From assembly GCA_016722375.1 (NCBI GenBank), contig JADKJG010000008.1, positions 33,081-97,080 of the forward strand: a stretch of 64,000 nt of DNA. Reading direction: 5' to 3'. This DNA is from Bacteroidota bacterium. GTDB taxonomy: Bacteria > Bacteroidota > Bacteroidia > Chitinophagales > LD1. The notes under the pieces are model-generated. The model searched no databases. It was given only the letters and a program-made list of their open reading frames with translations, and was not told where the DNA came from. The position numbers and the translations under genes were made by a program. This document shows, in pieces, positions 8,800-17,825 of this stretch (position 1 is its first letter; every line of letters starts with the position of its first letter).

Positions 8800-11700
8800 A
8801 TGTTTAATAAATTCATTCAAAGGCCGGTTCTTGCCATTGCCATATCTATTGGAATAGTCTTCATGGGGCTATTAGCCATCACGACACTACCGGTAGCCCA
8901 GTTCCCGCAAATCGCTCCTCCGCGAGTCACTATCTTCATTGAATTTCCGGGATCTAACGCCGATGTATTAGTTAAATCTACTTTAACTATTTTGGAAAGA
9001 GCCATCAATGGTGTTCAGGGAATGCAATACATCCTGTCGGATGCCACCAGTGCCAGCGAGGCGAGTATTGATATAGTATTTGAACCCGGAACGGACCCGA
9101 CCATTGCCGCAGCCAGAGTAAAATCGAGAGTGGATCAGGTGATGACCAACCTTCCTCCCTTGGTGCAACGGGAAGGTGTTATCATCAAACCGCTGCAGCC
9201 CAGCATGCTGATGTACCTGAATCTTTACAGCACAGAAAAAGGTACGGACGAAAAATTTCTATTCAACTATGCCAACACATATATCTTGCCTGAAATCCAG
9301 CGGATCAGTGGTATGGGTATGGCCGAGGCGATTGGTAGCCGTGCTTTTGCTATTCGTGTCTGGTTAAATCCCGACAGAATGAGGGCTTATAAAATTTCGG
9401 CTGACGAAGTTTTGAAAGCAATTGACGAGCAAAGTGTACTGGCACGACCGGGAAGAGTAGGATTGAGTTCCGGGAAAACCGCACAGTCTCAGGAGTATGT
9501 TTTTACTTATAAGGGATGGTATAACACTCCGGAACAGTACCAGGAAATCATCCTCCGGGCCAATGCACAGGGAGAAATACTGAAACTTAAAGATATTGCT
9601 CAAGTAGAGGTAGGAAGTGAATTCGTTGACATCTACTCCAACAAGGATGGTTATCCGTCTGCTTCGTTGGTGCTCAAACAAAACCCGGGCAGTAATGCTA
9701 ACAAGGTGATTGAGGATGTAAAAGCAAAATTGGTAGAGCTAAAGAAAGATTTTCCTGCCGGGATGAATTATGAAATCAACTACGACGTTTCAAAATTCGT
9801 GGATGCTTCCATTGAAAAAGTGCTTCATACACTATTGGAAGCTTTCATACTAGTAGCCTTGGTAGTCTTCATTTTTCTCGGCGATTGGCGATCTACCCTT
9901 ATTCCCATCTTGGCTGTACCGGTATCTCTTATCGGCACGTTTGCCTTCATGCAAATGTTTGGACTGAGCATCAACCTAATCACACTGTTTGCGCTGGTTT
10001 TGGCTATTGGTATCGTTGTGGACAATGCCATTGTGGTCGTGGAAGCGGTGCACGTTAAAATGGAGGAAGAGAATTTATCTCCGTACAAAGCATCGAAAAA
10101 AGCACTGGTAGAAATAGGCGGTGCGATTATCGCCATTACCTTGGTTATGACTGCAGTTTTTGTTCCGGTAGCATTTATGTCCGGACCGGTAGGGGTATTG
10201 TACCGTCAGTTTTCGATTGCCATGGCAACTGCCATTATCCTCTCTGGAGTTGTGGCCCTCACGTTGACACCTGTTCTATGCGCCATCCTATTAAAAAACA
10301 CGCATGGGCAGCCTAAAAGTAAAACACCAATCAGCATTTTTCTTGACTGGTTCAACAAAGGCTTTGGAAAAGTTACTGGAAAATATGCAGGCCTGCTCAA
10401 ACTGATAGTCAACCGGAAAGTAATCACCTACGGCATATTGGTGGCTTTTGCTTTCGGGATTGTAGGCATCAATAAAATTCTTCCCGCAGGCTTTATTCCT
10501 AACGAAGATCAGGGACAGATATATGCTATTATTCAAACGCCGCCGGGAACAACTCTTGAACGGACCAATGAAATAGCAAGAAGTCTTCAACTCATTGCCA
10601 AAAAGGTGGATGGCGTTCAATCCGTAACAGCGTTGGCAGGTTTCGAAATCCTCACGGAGGGAAGAGGTTCTAATGCCGGAACCTGTTTGATAAATTTGAA
10701 AGACTGGTCGGAACGAAAACATTCAGTAAAGCAAGTCATTAAAGAGCTGGAAGAAAAAACAAAAGACCTCGCGGCCAATATTGAATACTTTGAACCACCG
10801 GCTGTACCCGGCTATGGTACGTCTGATGGTTTCTCTCTTCGCTTATTAGATAAAAACGGAGATGTAGATTATCAGGCGTTTGATAAAGTGAATAGCGACT
10901 TTGTGGCTGCGTTGAGAAAAAGAAAAGAATTGAGCGGATTGTTTGCGTTTTATTCTGCCAAGTATCCGCAATACGAAATAACCATAGATAACGAGTTGGC
11001 CATGCAAAAGGGAGTTACTATAGGAAACGCCATGGAAAACCTGAATGTCATGATTGGCAGTACCTACGAACAGGGATTTATCCGGTTCAATAATTATTAT
11101 AAAGTTTACACCCAAGCCGGTCCCGAATTCAGAAAACAACCTTCAGACCTACTGAATATGTTCGTTAAAAACGACCAGGGAGAAATGGTTCCTTATTCAG
11201 CGTTTATGAAAATAACCAAGACGCAGGGCCCCAATGAAATATCTCGATACAATCTCTATATCTCTTCTCTAATTAACGGAACCCCCGCCGCTGGATACTC
11301 TTCGGGGGATGCCATTAAAGCGATACGCGAAGTGGCTAAAGAATCCTTGCCTCGCGGATATGACATTGCTTGGGAAGGCCTTTCGTATGATGAGGCACGC
11401 AGAGGAAATGAAGCGCTTTACATATTTCTGGTGGTACTGTTCTTCGTTTACTTAATTCTCGCGGCGCAGTATGAAAGTTTTCTTTTGCCGTTTGCGGTCA
11501 TTCTTTCTATTCCTCCCGGAATTTTTGGCTCGTTCGTTCTATTAAAAACTATGGGATTAGCCAATGATGTTTATGCGCAGGTGGGATTGATTATGCTCAC
11601 CGGATTGTTAGGTAAAAATGCGGTGCTGATCGTGGAGTTCGCTGTTCAAAAACACAGTCAGGGGGCAACGGTACTGGATGCCGCCATTGAAGGCGCACGG

Positions 11701-12027
11701 GTCCGATTCCGCCCTATTCTAATGACCTCATTCGCCTTTATTGCCGGCTTGATTCCATTGGTCGTTGCCACCGGTCCCGGTGCAGTCGGTAACCACACCA
11801 TTGGGGCCTCTGCATTAGGCGGTATGTTGTTCGGAACTGTTTTCGGAGTCATTCTGGTACCGGGGCTTTACTACATATTTGGAAAACTGCAAGAGGGCAA
11901 ACGGTTGATTAATGACGAAGACATAAATCCGCTAACCGAAGACTTTGTAGAAACACAACATCAACCAGCGGTTCCCAGAAACGTTAGAAAACTAATAGCT
12001 AAAATCTTAAGAAGAAATGAATTGTAA
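8800..12027 (+). CDS. RND efflux transporter permease (AcrB/HAE1-type)
   Basis: 1075 aa: MFNKFIQRPVLAIAISI..., two large periplasmic loops and a 12-TM pattern (VDNAIVVVE). Confidence 0.93.
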   Translation: MFNKFIQRPVLAIAISIGIVFMGLLAITTLPVAQFPQIAPPRVTIFIEFPGSNADVLVKSTLTILERAINGVQGMQYILSDATSASEASIDIVFEPGTDPTIAAARVKSRVDQVMTNLPPLVQREGVIIKPLQPSMLMYLNLYSTEKGTDEKFLFNYANTYILPEIQRISGMGMAEAIGSRAFAIRVWLNPDRMRAYKISADEVLKAIDEQSVLARPGRVGLSSGKTAQSQEYVFTYKGWYNTPEQYQEIILRANAQGEILKLKDIAQVEVGSEFVDIYSNKDGYPSASLVLKQNPGSNANKVIEDVKAKLVELKKDFPAGMNYEINYDVSKFVDASIEKVLHTLLEAFILVALVVFIFLGDWRSTLIPILAVPVSLIGTFAFMQMFGLSINLITLFALVLAIGIVVDNAIVVVEAVHVKMEEENLSPYKASKKALVEIGGAIIAITLVMTAVFVPVAFMSGPVGVLYRQFSIAMATAIILSGVVALTLTPVLCAILLKNTHGQPKSKTPISIFLDWFNKGFGKVTGKYAGLLKLIVNRKVITYGILVAFAFGIVGINKILPAGFIPNEDQGQIYAIIQTPPGTTLERTNEIARSLQLIAKKVDGVQSVTALAGFEILTEGRGSNAGTCLINLKDWSERKHSVKQVIKELEEKTKDLAANIEYFEPPAVPGYGTSDGFSLRLLDKNGDVDYQAFDKVNSDFVAALRKRKELSGLFAFYSAKYPQYEITIDNELAMQKGVTIGNAMENLNVMIGSTYEQGFIRFNNYYKVYTQAGPEFRKQPSDLLNMFVKNDQGEMVPYSAFMKITKTQGPNEISRYNLYISSLINGTPAAGYSSGDAIKAIREVAKESLPRGYDIAWEGLSYDEARRGNEALYIFLVVLFFVYLILAAQYESFLLPFAVILSIPPGIFGSFVLLKTMGLANDVYAQVGLIMLTGLLGKNAVLIVEFAVQKHSQGATVLDAAIEGARVRFRPILMTSFAFIAGLIPLVVATGPGAVGNHTIGASALGGMLFGTVFGVILVPGLYYIFGKLQEGKRLINDEDINPLTEDFVETQHQPAVPRNVRKLIAKILRRNEL

Positions 12028-13441
12028 ATTATTTATTAAACCCGCCGTGGTAGCTTTCATCCTGCTTTCAAGTGGGGGGTGTAAAATATTTAAAGCTCCG
12101 ATGAGGTCTGAGAACAAATCGGTGCCCGACAGCTACTATCAATCAAAGGATACGACCAACTCGGCCAATGTCAAATGGAGGGTGTACTTTACCGATAGCA
12201 ATTTAATTGCGCTGATTGATACCGCCCTGAAAAACAATCAGGAGTTGAATATTACGATGCAGGAAATTGCTATTGCCCGTAGTGAAGTCAGAGCTAAAAA
12301 AGGGGAGTACCTTCCCTATGGAAGCATCGGCCTCAATGGCGGCGTTGACCGATCAGGCAAGTACACATGGAACGGCCAGTCGGAAGAAGATTGGAAAGGA
12401 AACCATTCGAAACCAAAATACATAGGCGACTTTATGCTCGGTGTTGCTTTTTCGTGGGAGCTGGATGTTTGGAAGAAACTGCGCAACGCCAAAAATGCCG
12501 CATTGGCGCGCTACCTGGGCAGTATAGAAGGGAAGAACTTTATGGTGACCAACCTTATATCCGAAATTGCCAACTCCTATTACGAACTAGTGGCCTTAGA
12601 TAACCAGTTGGTTATTATCAGTAAGAACATTGAAATTCAGCAAAACGCGCTGCAAATCGTCAGGCAACAAAAAGATGCAGCCCGGGTTACACAGTTGGCC
12701 GTCAACCGTTTTGAAGCACAATTGCTCAACACGCAAAACTTGCAGTATGAGATTCAGCAGCAAGCGGTAGAGACCGAAAACAAAATCAACTTCTTGACGG
12801 GGCGTTTTCCGAAACCTGTTTTAAGAAATGATTTGTCGTTTAACAGTCGCGTATTCGATTCTATCTCGACCGGTATTCCCAGCCAGCTATTAGAAAACCG
12901 TCCCGACATTCGGCAGGCAGAGCAGGAACTGGCCGCCGCTAAACTGGACGTCAAGGTTGCCAAAGCCAACTTCTTTCCCTCCTTCCGCATTTCCGCAGCG
13001 GTAGGTCTTCAGGCATTTAATCCTGCCGTATGGTTCCGGCCGCAGTCTATTCTCTACAATTTCTTTGCAGATATGATGGCGCCCCTGCTTAACCGAAATG
13101 CTATTAGAGCAGGCTACCTGAGTTCGAGAGCAAAACAGGTGCAGGCGGTTTATAATTACGAGCAGACTATCCTGAAAGCATACATGGAGGTAGTCAATCA
13201 GTTTTCGGGTATTGACAAATACACGAAGAGCTTTGAAACCAAGTCGAGCGAGGTGGAAATTCTGACACAATCTGTGGCCGTTTCCGACAATCTTTTCCGT
13301 TCTGCCCGGGCAGATTATATGGAAGTATTATTGACCCAACGCGAAGCACTGGAATCGAAAATGCAACTCATCGAAATCAAGAAGAAACAGTTGAATGCCG
13401 AAGTCAATATTTATAAAGCACTGGGAGGCGGTTGGAATTAA
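12017..13441 (+). CDS. outer-membrane efflux factor (TolC/NodT family lipoprotein)
   Basis: 474 aa with a lipobox (LLSSGGC) and two OEP repeats. The start overlaps the permease stop, consistent with an operon. Confidence 0.88.
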   Translation: MNCKLFIKPAVVAFILLSSGGCKIFKAPMRSENKSVPDSYYQSKDTTNSANVKWRVYFTDSNLIALIDTALKNNQELNITMQEIAIARSEVRAKKGEYLPYGSIGLNGGVDRSGKYTWNGQSEEDWKGNHSKPKYIGDFMLGVAFSWELDVWKKLRNAKNAALARYLGSIEGKNFMVTNLISEIANSYYELVALDNQLVIISKNIEIQQNALQIVRQQKDAARVTQLAVNRFEAQLLNTQNLQYEIQQQAVETENKINFLTGRFPKPVLRNDLSFNSRVFDSISTGIPSQLLENRPDIRQAEQELAAAKLDVKVAKANFFPSFRISAAVGLQAFNPAVWFRPQSILYNFFADMMAPLLNRNAIRAGYLSSRAKQVQAVYNYEQTILKAYMEVVNQFSGIDKYTKSFETKSSEVEILTQSVAVSDNLFRSARADYMEVLLTQREALESKMQLIEIKKKQLNAEVNIYKALGGGWN

Positions 13442-13500
13442 ACCAACTTGCGTTCTCATTCTGCGACAATTTTTTGAACCTATTAAGCCACTAGCTACGA

Positions 13501-13592
13501 GCCTTGAGCCAATAGAAGCCTTGAGCTACTAGCCTTTAGCCTTGAGAGAATGCAGGCCTTGTTTTTTTCTCACGGCTAAAGGCTAGTAGCTC
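13501..13592. repeat. GCCTTGAG word cluster with a 19-bp perfect inverted repeat
   Basis: GCCTTGAG occurs at 13501, 13518 and 13539, with a truncated GCCTTG at 13556. GAGCTACTAGCCTTTAGCC (13523-13541) is the exact reverse complement of GGCTAAAGGCTAGTAGCTC (13574-13592). Confidence 0.75.
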
Positions 13593-13603
13593 ATAGCTCT
13601 CTC

Positions 13604-13666
13604 TCACTCCTTCACAAATTTCTTGTTATTGACAAAGTACATGCCGCCGGGCAGGTGGGAAACATC
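13604..13666 (-). pseudogene. orphan remnant of a T9SS C-terminal sorting domain
   Basis: The minus frame reads DVSHLPGGMYFVNNKKFVKE*, the typical end of a type A T9SS CTD. An in-frame stop lies immediately upstream and there is no parent ORF. Confidence 0.45.
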
Positions 13667-13984
13667 TCAATCACTATCACGGGCGAAGACTTTATAATGC
13701 CGTGTAGCACTGGTTTCTTGACCCATAGGGTCAAAGCCTTTGGTAGAAATATTCAGGTCATATATACAAAGCCCCATCGGGGCGACCCAAGTTTTCTATC
13801 GAACGTCCCTCTGGAACTTTAAAAGAGAGGCTGATTATTTACTACCAAACGCATAGCTCCGACGGAGCTAAAATGCACGTGCAGCAAAGGTATGGTCGTC
13901 TTCCGAACAAGGTGGTGAGACCCCTACCGGTAGGGTAAAAAAAGCCCCGCCCGATAGCTATCGGAACGGGACTTTGAGTTTAAT

Positions 13985-14017
13985 AAACTACAAAAGTCTT
14001 AGAGACTTTTGTAGTTT
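13985..14017. other. perfect 15-bp stem hairpin
   Basis: AAACTACAAAAGTCT, a TAG loop, then AGACTTTTGTAGTTT. It lies in the ORF-free gap downstream of the minus-strand gene ending at 14092. Confidence 0.7.
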
Positions 14018-14091
14018 GAAGTTTACGCGCAGTGGGGGCTTTCGTTGGCTTTAGCTTTGACAAATTTAGAATTTGTCAGAGTTGGATGTCG

Positions 14092-15546
14092 CTATTCCAT
14101 CAGATACTTAACATCCTTAACAATAATCCAAGCATCTTCATCTGTAATTTCTTTATAGAATAATTTTTCATTAAAGTATCCAAACACGTTTATCTGTTTA
14201 TCTGAAATCATTACTTTCCTTTGTAAAATGTAAGATTGGGGAATATATTCAAAATAATAAGTTGGACCTTTGGAAAGACCCCCAACCATTATAACTTTTT
14301 CAATATTGGAATAAACAATGTCAATCCAATTACTTGACGGACTATTATTAAAATGAGTACTGTCAAGGCCTGTCAAACGGACGCTATTATGTTTATTGAA
14401 GAAATAAAGAGTTGGGTCAACGTTAAAAACAAAAAAAGGCTGGTTTATCATATACCCGAAATATCCAGTATACGCAATTCGATATTTTGAGCTACTATTC
14501 TTAATGGGAAAATAATCTGGGTAGCTTAAATTAAATACGTTCTCAAGTTTTAGCCCATCTTTTGTAAAGTAATATTGAGCAATTAAAGAATCATTATTCT
14601 CTGAACTTGTCATCATCAATAATGTATCACCTCGGACAAAAATAGTATTGAGATAATTAAAAACATTGCCACTTCCAGGAATTGAATAATGTAATGAATA
14701 TACCTTTTCAACAGTAAGGTCTAAACTTAATTGGGCTATATACGGAGCGTGATACCATCCTACATCCCCATTTGGACTTGCCTTTTCAATTAAAAACGTT
14801 AGAGGCAAATAAATTTTTTGGTTTTTAAAAATTGGCGGCATGATATTAACCCTATTACCCATTTTTGAATCTATTCGATCTGTTGCAAGAACGTTGCTTG
14901 CTTGCTCATTTGAGTCTAGCATTACACATTCTTTAATAAAAAGTTGAATGGAATCTCTTAGGAAGTTAAAGTTATATGTCTTAACTAATTTTCGTTTCTC
15001 AACATCTATACAATATGTATTTGAATTCAGGTCGTTTGTAATGTAGATGTAGCCGTCGTCTGCAAGATTAAATTTTGTTCGTTTCGTGCCAACGTATTTA
15101 CTTACATCAATGGTGTCATCAATAAAAGATGAAATAATATCCACAATAGTATCACCTACTAATGAATTTTTAAAATCAGAACTCCAAAGAATTTTTTCAT
15201 TTTTCAGAATAAATACCTTAGAAACTATCTCTGGGTTTAAACAAGAAAATAAACTGTCATTAATTATTACTGTATCAATAGGCGATATTTTGCCAATTTT
15301 AGTAGAGACAAATTCGGTCTTTATTCTTTTAGGCACATTTCCTAATAGGAATACTACAGGATACTTTCCATATAATTGTTGATAAGCATTCGATGCGCCT
15401 ATATAACAATTAAAGCAATCGTTACCATAAATAGTAAAAACTACGGATACTGGCTTTTCTTTTCTCAGATTGAAATCTAAGCAATCTGACTGTCCATAAA
15501 TTGAAAGACCAGTAACCAAAAAAAAATAAAAAAATACACTCCTCAT
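14092..15546 (-). CDS. secreted hypothetical protein: CxxC-containing N-terminal module plus beta-propeller-like body
   Basis: 484 aa with a signal peptide (MRSVFFYFFLVTGLSIYGQ) and VVFTIYGNDCFNCY (beta-strand then CxxC, thioredoxin-like). The remainder is beta-rich. The coding sequence is visibly AT-rich. Confidence 0.6.
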   Translation of the reverse strand: MRSVFFYFFLVTGLSIYGQSDCLDFNLRKEKPVSVVFTIYGNDCFNCYIGASNAYQQLYGKYPVVFLLGNVPKRIKTEFVSTKIGKISPIDTVIINDSLFSCLNPEIVSKVFILKNEKILWSSDFKNSLVGDTIVDIISSFIDDTIDVSKYVGTKRTKFNLADDGYIYITNDLNSNTYCIDVEKRKLVKTYNFNFLRDSIQLFIKECVMLDSNEQASNVLATDRIDSKMGNRVNIMPPIFKNQKIYLPLTFLIEKASPNGDVGWYHAPYIAQLSLDLTVEKVYSLHYSIPGSGNVFNYLNTIFVRGDTLLMMTSSENNDSLIAQYYFTKDGLKLENVFNLSYPDYFPIKNSSSKYRIAYTGYFGYMINQPFFVFNVDPTLYFFNKHNSVRLTGLDSTHFNNSPSSNWIDIVYSNIEKVIMVGGLSKGPTYYFEYIPQSYILQRKVMISDKQINVFGYFNEKLFYKEITDEDAWIIVKDVKYLME

Positions 15547-15557
15547 CAGAATAGATT

Positions 15558-16263
15558 TTATTCAGGGTGAATAATACTTGAAATAGCTTCCAAACTTGTT
15601 AGCCCACCCATAGATCCCCTAGGAATTTTTGCATAACGAATGCACCAACTGGGACTGGGTGTACATTGGATATAATAAAACTCGCTTCCCGGTTCATGAA
15701 CATAGCTGCTAAGGGTTCCATAAACTTGAATTTCTTGAGCAGGGCCATACAAACTTTTGTAATGATTATATTCAGTTTCTGTCATTGCTTGGTGATATAT
15801 TGTGTTGCGGAGAGAAATATAGCTATTAGCTGATTCAGGTACAGGATTATCAGATGCTACACTAACAGAAATAGATACATACCCTGTGTCTCCAATTAAA
15901 GATAAAAAGTCAGATGGGAAATTTGCTATCTGATTAATCTTAAAACAAATTTCTTTAGAAGGTAAGCATTCAATAATAACTGTTGCATCGCCAGGTCCTG
16001 ATATATTATTTAATCTGCCAGGGATATCAACAGGGGGTTGAAGCAATTCCTGCTTGACCGTCATTTAAAAATACGCCTGTTGATATAAGTGAGGTTCGTG
16101 TTGGGCACTGCTGCATAATATTACAAGCAGAATAATATGTTGTATTAATACTTGGCACGTAAACTTGTTGGACTATTTGTGACGCTCCGTCTTCTTCAAG
16201 CCCTTGTGCCTTTAATATTACAATCCCTAATAAGAATACGGAAATCAATGCTCTTGTTTTCAT
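15558..16263 (-). CDS. secreted Cys-containing hypothetical protein, split across two overlapping frames
   Basis: ORF 16027..16263 carries the signal peptide (MKTRALISVFLLGIVILKAQG). ORF 15558..16064 continues in another frame with a 38-nt overlap. This is either one frameshifted gene or two genes. Confidence 0.4.
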
Positions 16264-16327
16264 GTTTAATTAATTTAATTGTAAATACTATTTTGCCTAC
16301 TCTATATCCCCTTTTCGGCTACCTGGG

Positions 16328-16370
16328 TTTTTTTTAAAAAAACCTTCCAAGTCTTTAAGACTTGGAAGGT
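16328..16370 (-). terminator. rho-independent terminator after the 16380..17072 gene
   Basis: A 12-bp perfect stem: ACCTTCCAAGTC (16342-16353) pairs with GACTTGGAAGGT (16359-16370). On the minus strand it is followed by T7. Confidence 0.85.
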
Positions 16371-16379
16371 TTCAATCCG

Positions 16380-17072
16380 TTACGCAATCACTGCCGAAAA
16401 AACCTGAGAGAAAGGGCCAAACTCTCCGCGAGTGTTTTTATAGCGCACGAGATAATAGGCCAGTTTGCCTACGTCTTCCATATTGTGTTCGATGGTAACG
16501 AGGTATCTGCCGGTGCTGGCTACGTGGTGAAAATCGTTCTCGGTCAAAGGTGGCAACGAAGGGGTGGTTTCGAGCACGGACGGTGGCACGGGCCGAATGG
16601 CTTTATACACCTCTACGCTCTGCACTCCTTTGGGTTTAGCATGCGAGTTAGGGTCATCGGGGTTTTGAAAACGCAGCGTGTGGCTGCGGTGAATAATCTT
16701 GGCAACAGAAACCACCGGCGCATTGGTGGGTTTGCCCGAAGGGGTTGGCTCGTGGTCAGCATCTTCGAGATGCAGAGTTGTTTTGTCGTTTTCATTCAGC
16801 AAACTTCTTGGAATGTTTGCATAAATATCTCTAAGAAGCACTTCCGCATCCACTCTCGTTTGATTTTTCTGGTTGGTGACGGTCGTGGTGTTCGTGTCCG
16901 GGTTCACGCTTCGCGGAAAAACGTCGTTCCAAGTCACAATAATACCCGACAGCGAACTTGTTTTAGAAGGGTCTATCATCAGTCGGGCTTCGTTAGAACT
17001 TAAATAAGGACTAGCGATGTTGAAATAAACGCTGAATTCAGCGTCTTTTGAAGGGAAAATACCTTGTTCCAT
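16380..17072 (-). CDS. hypothetical protein
   Basis: 230-aa intact ORF with its own terminator and no signal peptide. The C-terminal half is beta-rich (YYLVRYKNTRGEFGPFSQVFSAVIA). No family recognised. Confidence 0.6.
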   Translation of the reverse strand: MEQGIFPSKDAEFSVYFNIASPYLSSNEARLMIDPSKTSSLSGIIVTWNDVFPRSVNPDTNTTTVTNQKNQTRVDAEVLLRDIYANIPRSLLNENDKTTLHLEDADHEPTPSGKPTNAPVVSVAKIIHRSHTLRFQNPDDPNSHAKPKGVQSVEVYKAIRPVPPSVLETTPSLPPLTENDFHHVASTGRYLVTIEHNMEDVGKLAYYLVRYKNTRGEFGPFSQVFSAVIA

Positions 17073-17128
17073 GTTAAATTGTGGTTTTTTGGTTAAAAAA
17101 TAGAGAATCGAGATGTTCTGAAAAGAGA

Positions 17129-17422
17129 GAATGAAGCATTCATTTTGAAGAATGAGTGATTCATTTTGAGAAATGCCGCGCCAATTTCGAAAATGGAGGC
17201 CTCCATTCCTGCTCGCGAGTTTCTCGCGAGTACTCGCGCGTTGCTCGCGAGCAGGAATGAGTGACTCATTCCTTGAAATGAGCGGCTCATTCTTGGAAAT
17301 GAAGCCTCGCCAAGCAGAAATGAAAGACCCGCAAGCACTCGCGGGACTCTCGCGAGGCCTCGCGAGAGTCCCGCGACCACTCGCGAGCGACTCATTCTTT
17401 GAAATGCGAAAGCTATTTCGTG
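17129..17422. repeat. 21-bp phased palindromic array (GAATGAG and CTCGCGA words)
   Basis: Fourteen consecutive exact 21-nt units. There is a 34-bp perfect palindrome at 17341-17374, and a 12-bp inverted repeat CCTGCTCGCGAG (17208-17219) with CTCGCGAGCAGG (17244-17255). Confidence 0.9.
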
Positions 17423-17825
17423 GAATAATTCAGCCGCAACAAGCAGCGAGCTACTGCATATTATAAAAGGGTATTGGGGGAGGAGGGCAGTTAAATGACC
17501 TACCTTAGCACCACGAGTAACCGGTGTTTCAGAGGGGGAAAAAGAATTTTTGTTTGTAGAAAAAACCATTTTGTGCAAATGAATTCCTTATGTATTCTAC
17601 AACGAAAATAATAGATAGAGCCAAACCTCCTAATATTTGTTAAGGGGAATTCAAGGTGATTTTTGTCAGGCTTTATGTTTTAATTATTTACCCCTGCGAG
17701 ATTAGATAAATGGGCAAGTATAGTTTCTGCCAGAGGTATTGGCATGACGACGGGATTTAAAAACCGCGATAGAGTAACCTTCGTAAAAAGTAGAGACCCA
17801 GTTCCGCAGGAACTGTCTTTTATTA

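Noticed and set aside
8817-11852. Numerous antisense or alternative-frame ORFs inside the RND permease. Similar ones occur inside ligA, the 1264-aa and 1389-aa genes, and clpC.
   Set aside because: They are embedded in long, well-supported genes on the other strand or frame. These are typical spurious ORFs.
13780-13830. tRNA-like T-loop motif (GGGACGTTCGATAG on the minus strand).
   Set aside because: No acceptor, D or anticodon arms can be built around it, so it is not a tRNA or an obvious tRNA remnant.
17093-17578. Treating 17093..17578 (-) and 17173..17466 (+) as ordinary protein genes. The same applies to 30968..31219 with 31044..31373, 32229..32456, 49031..49279 with 49053..49328, and 63682..63930.
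   Set aside because: These ORFs are open only because the 21-bp repeat lacks stops in several frames. Mirror-image ORFs occur on both strands. Starts are arbitrary, and one copy carries an in-frame TGA. Coding potential is kept as a hypothesis in the findings, not as a feature call.
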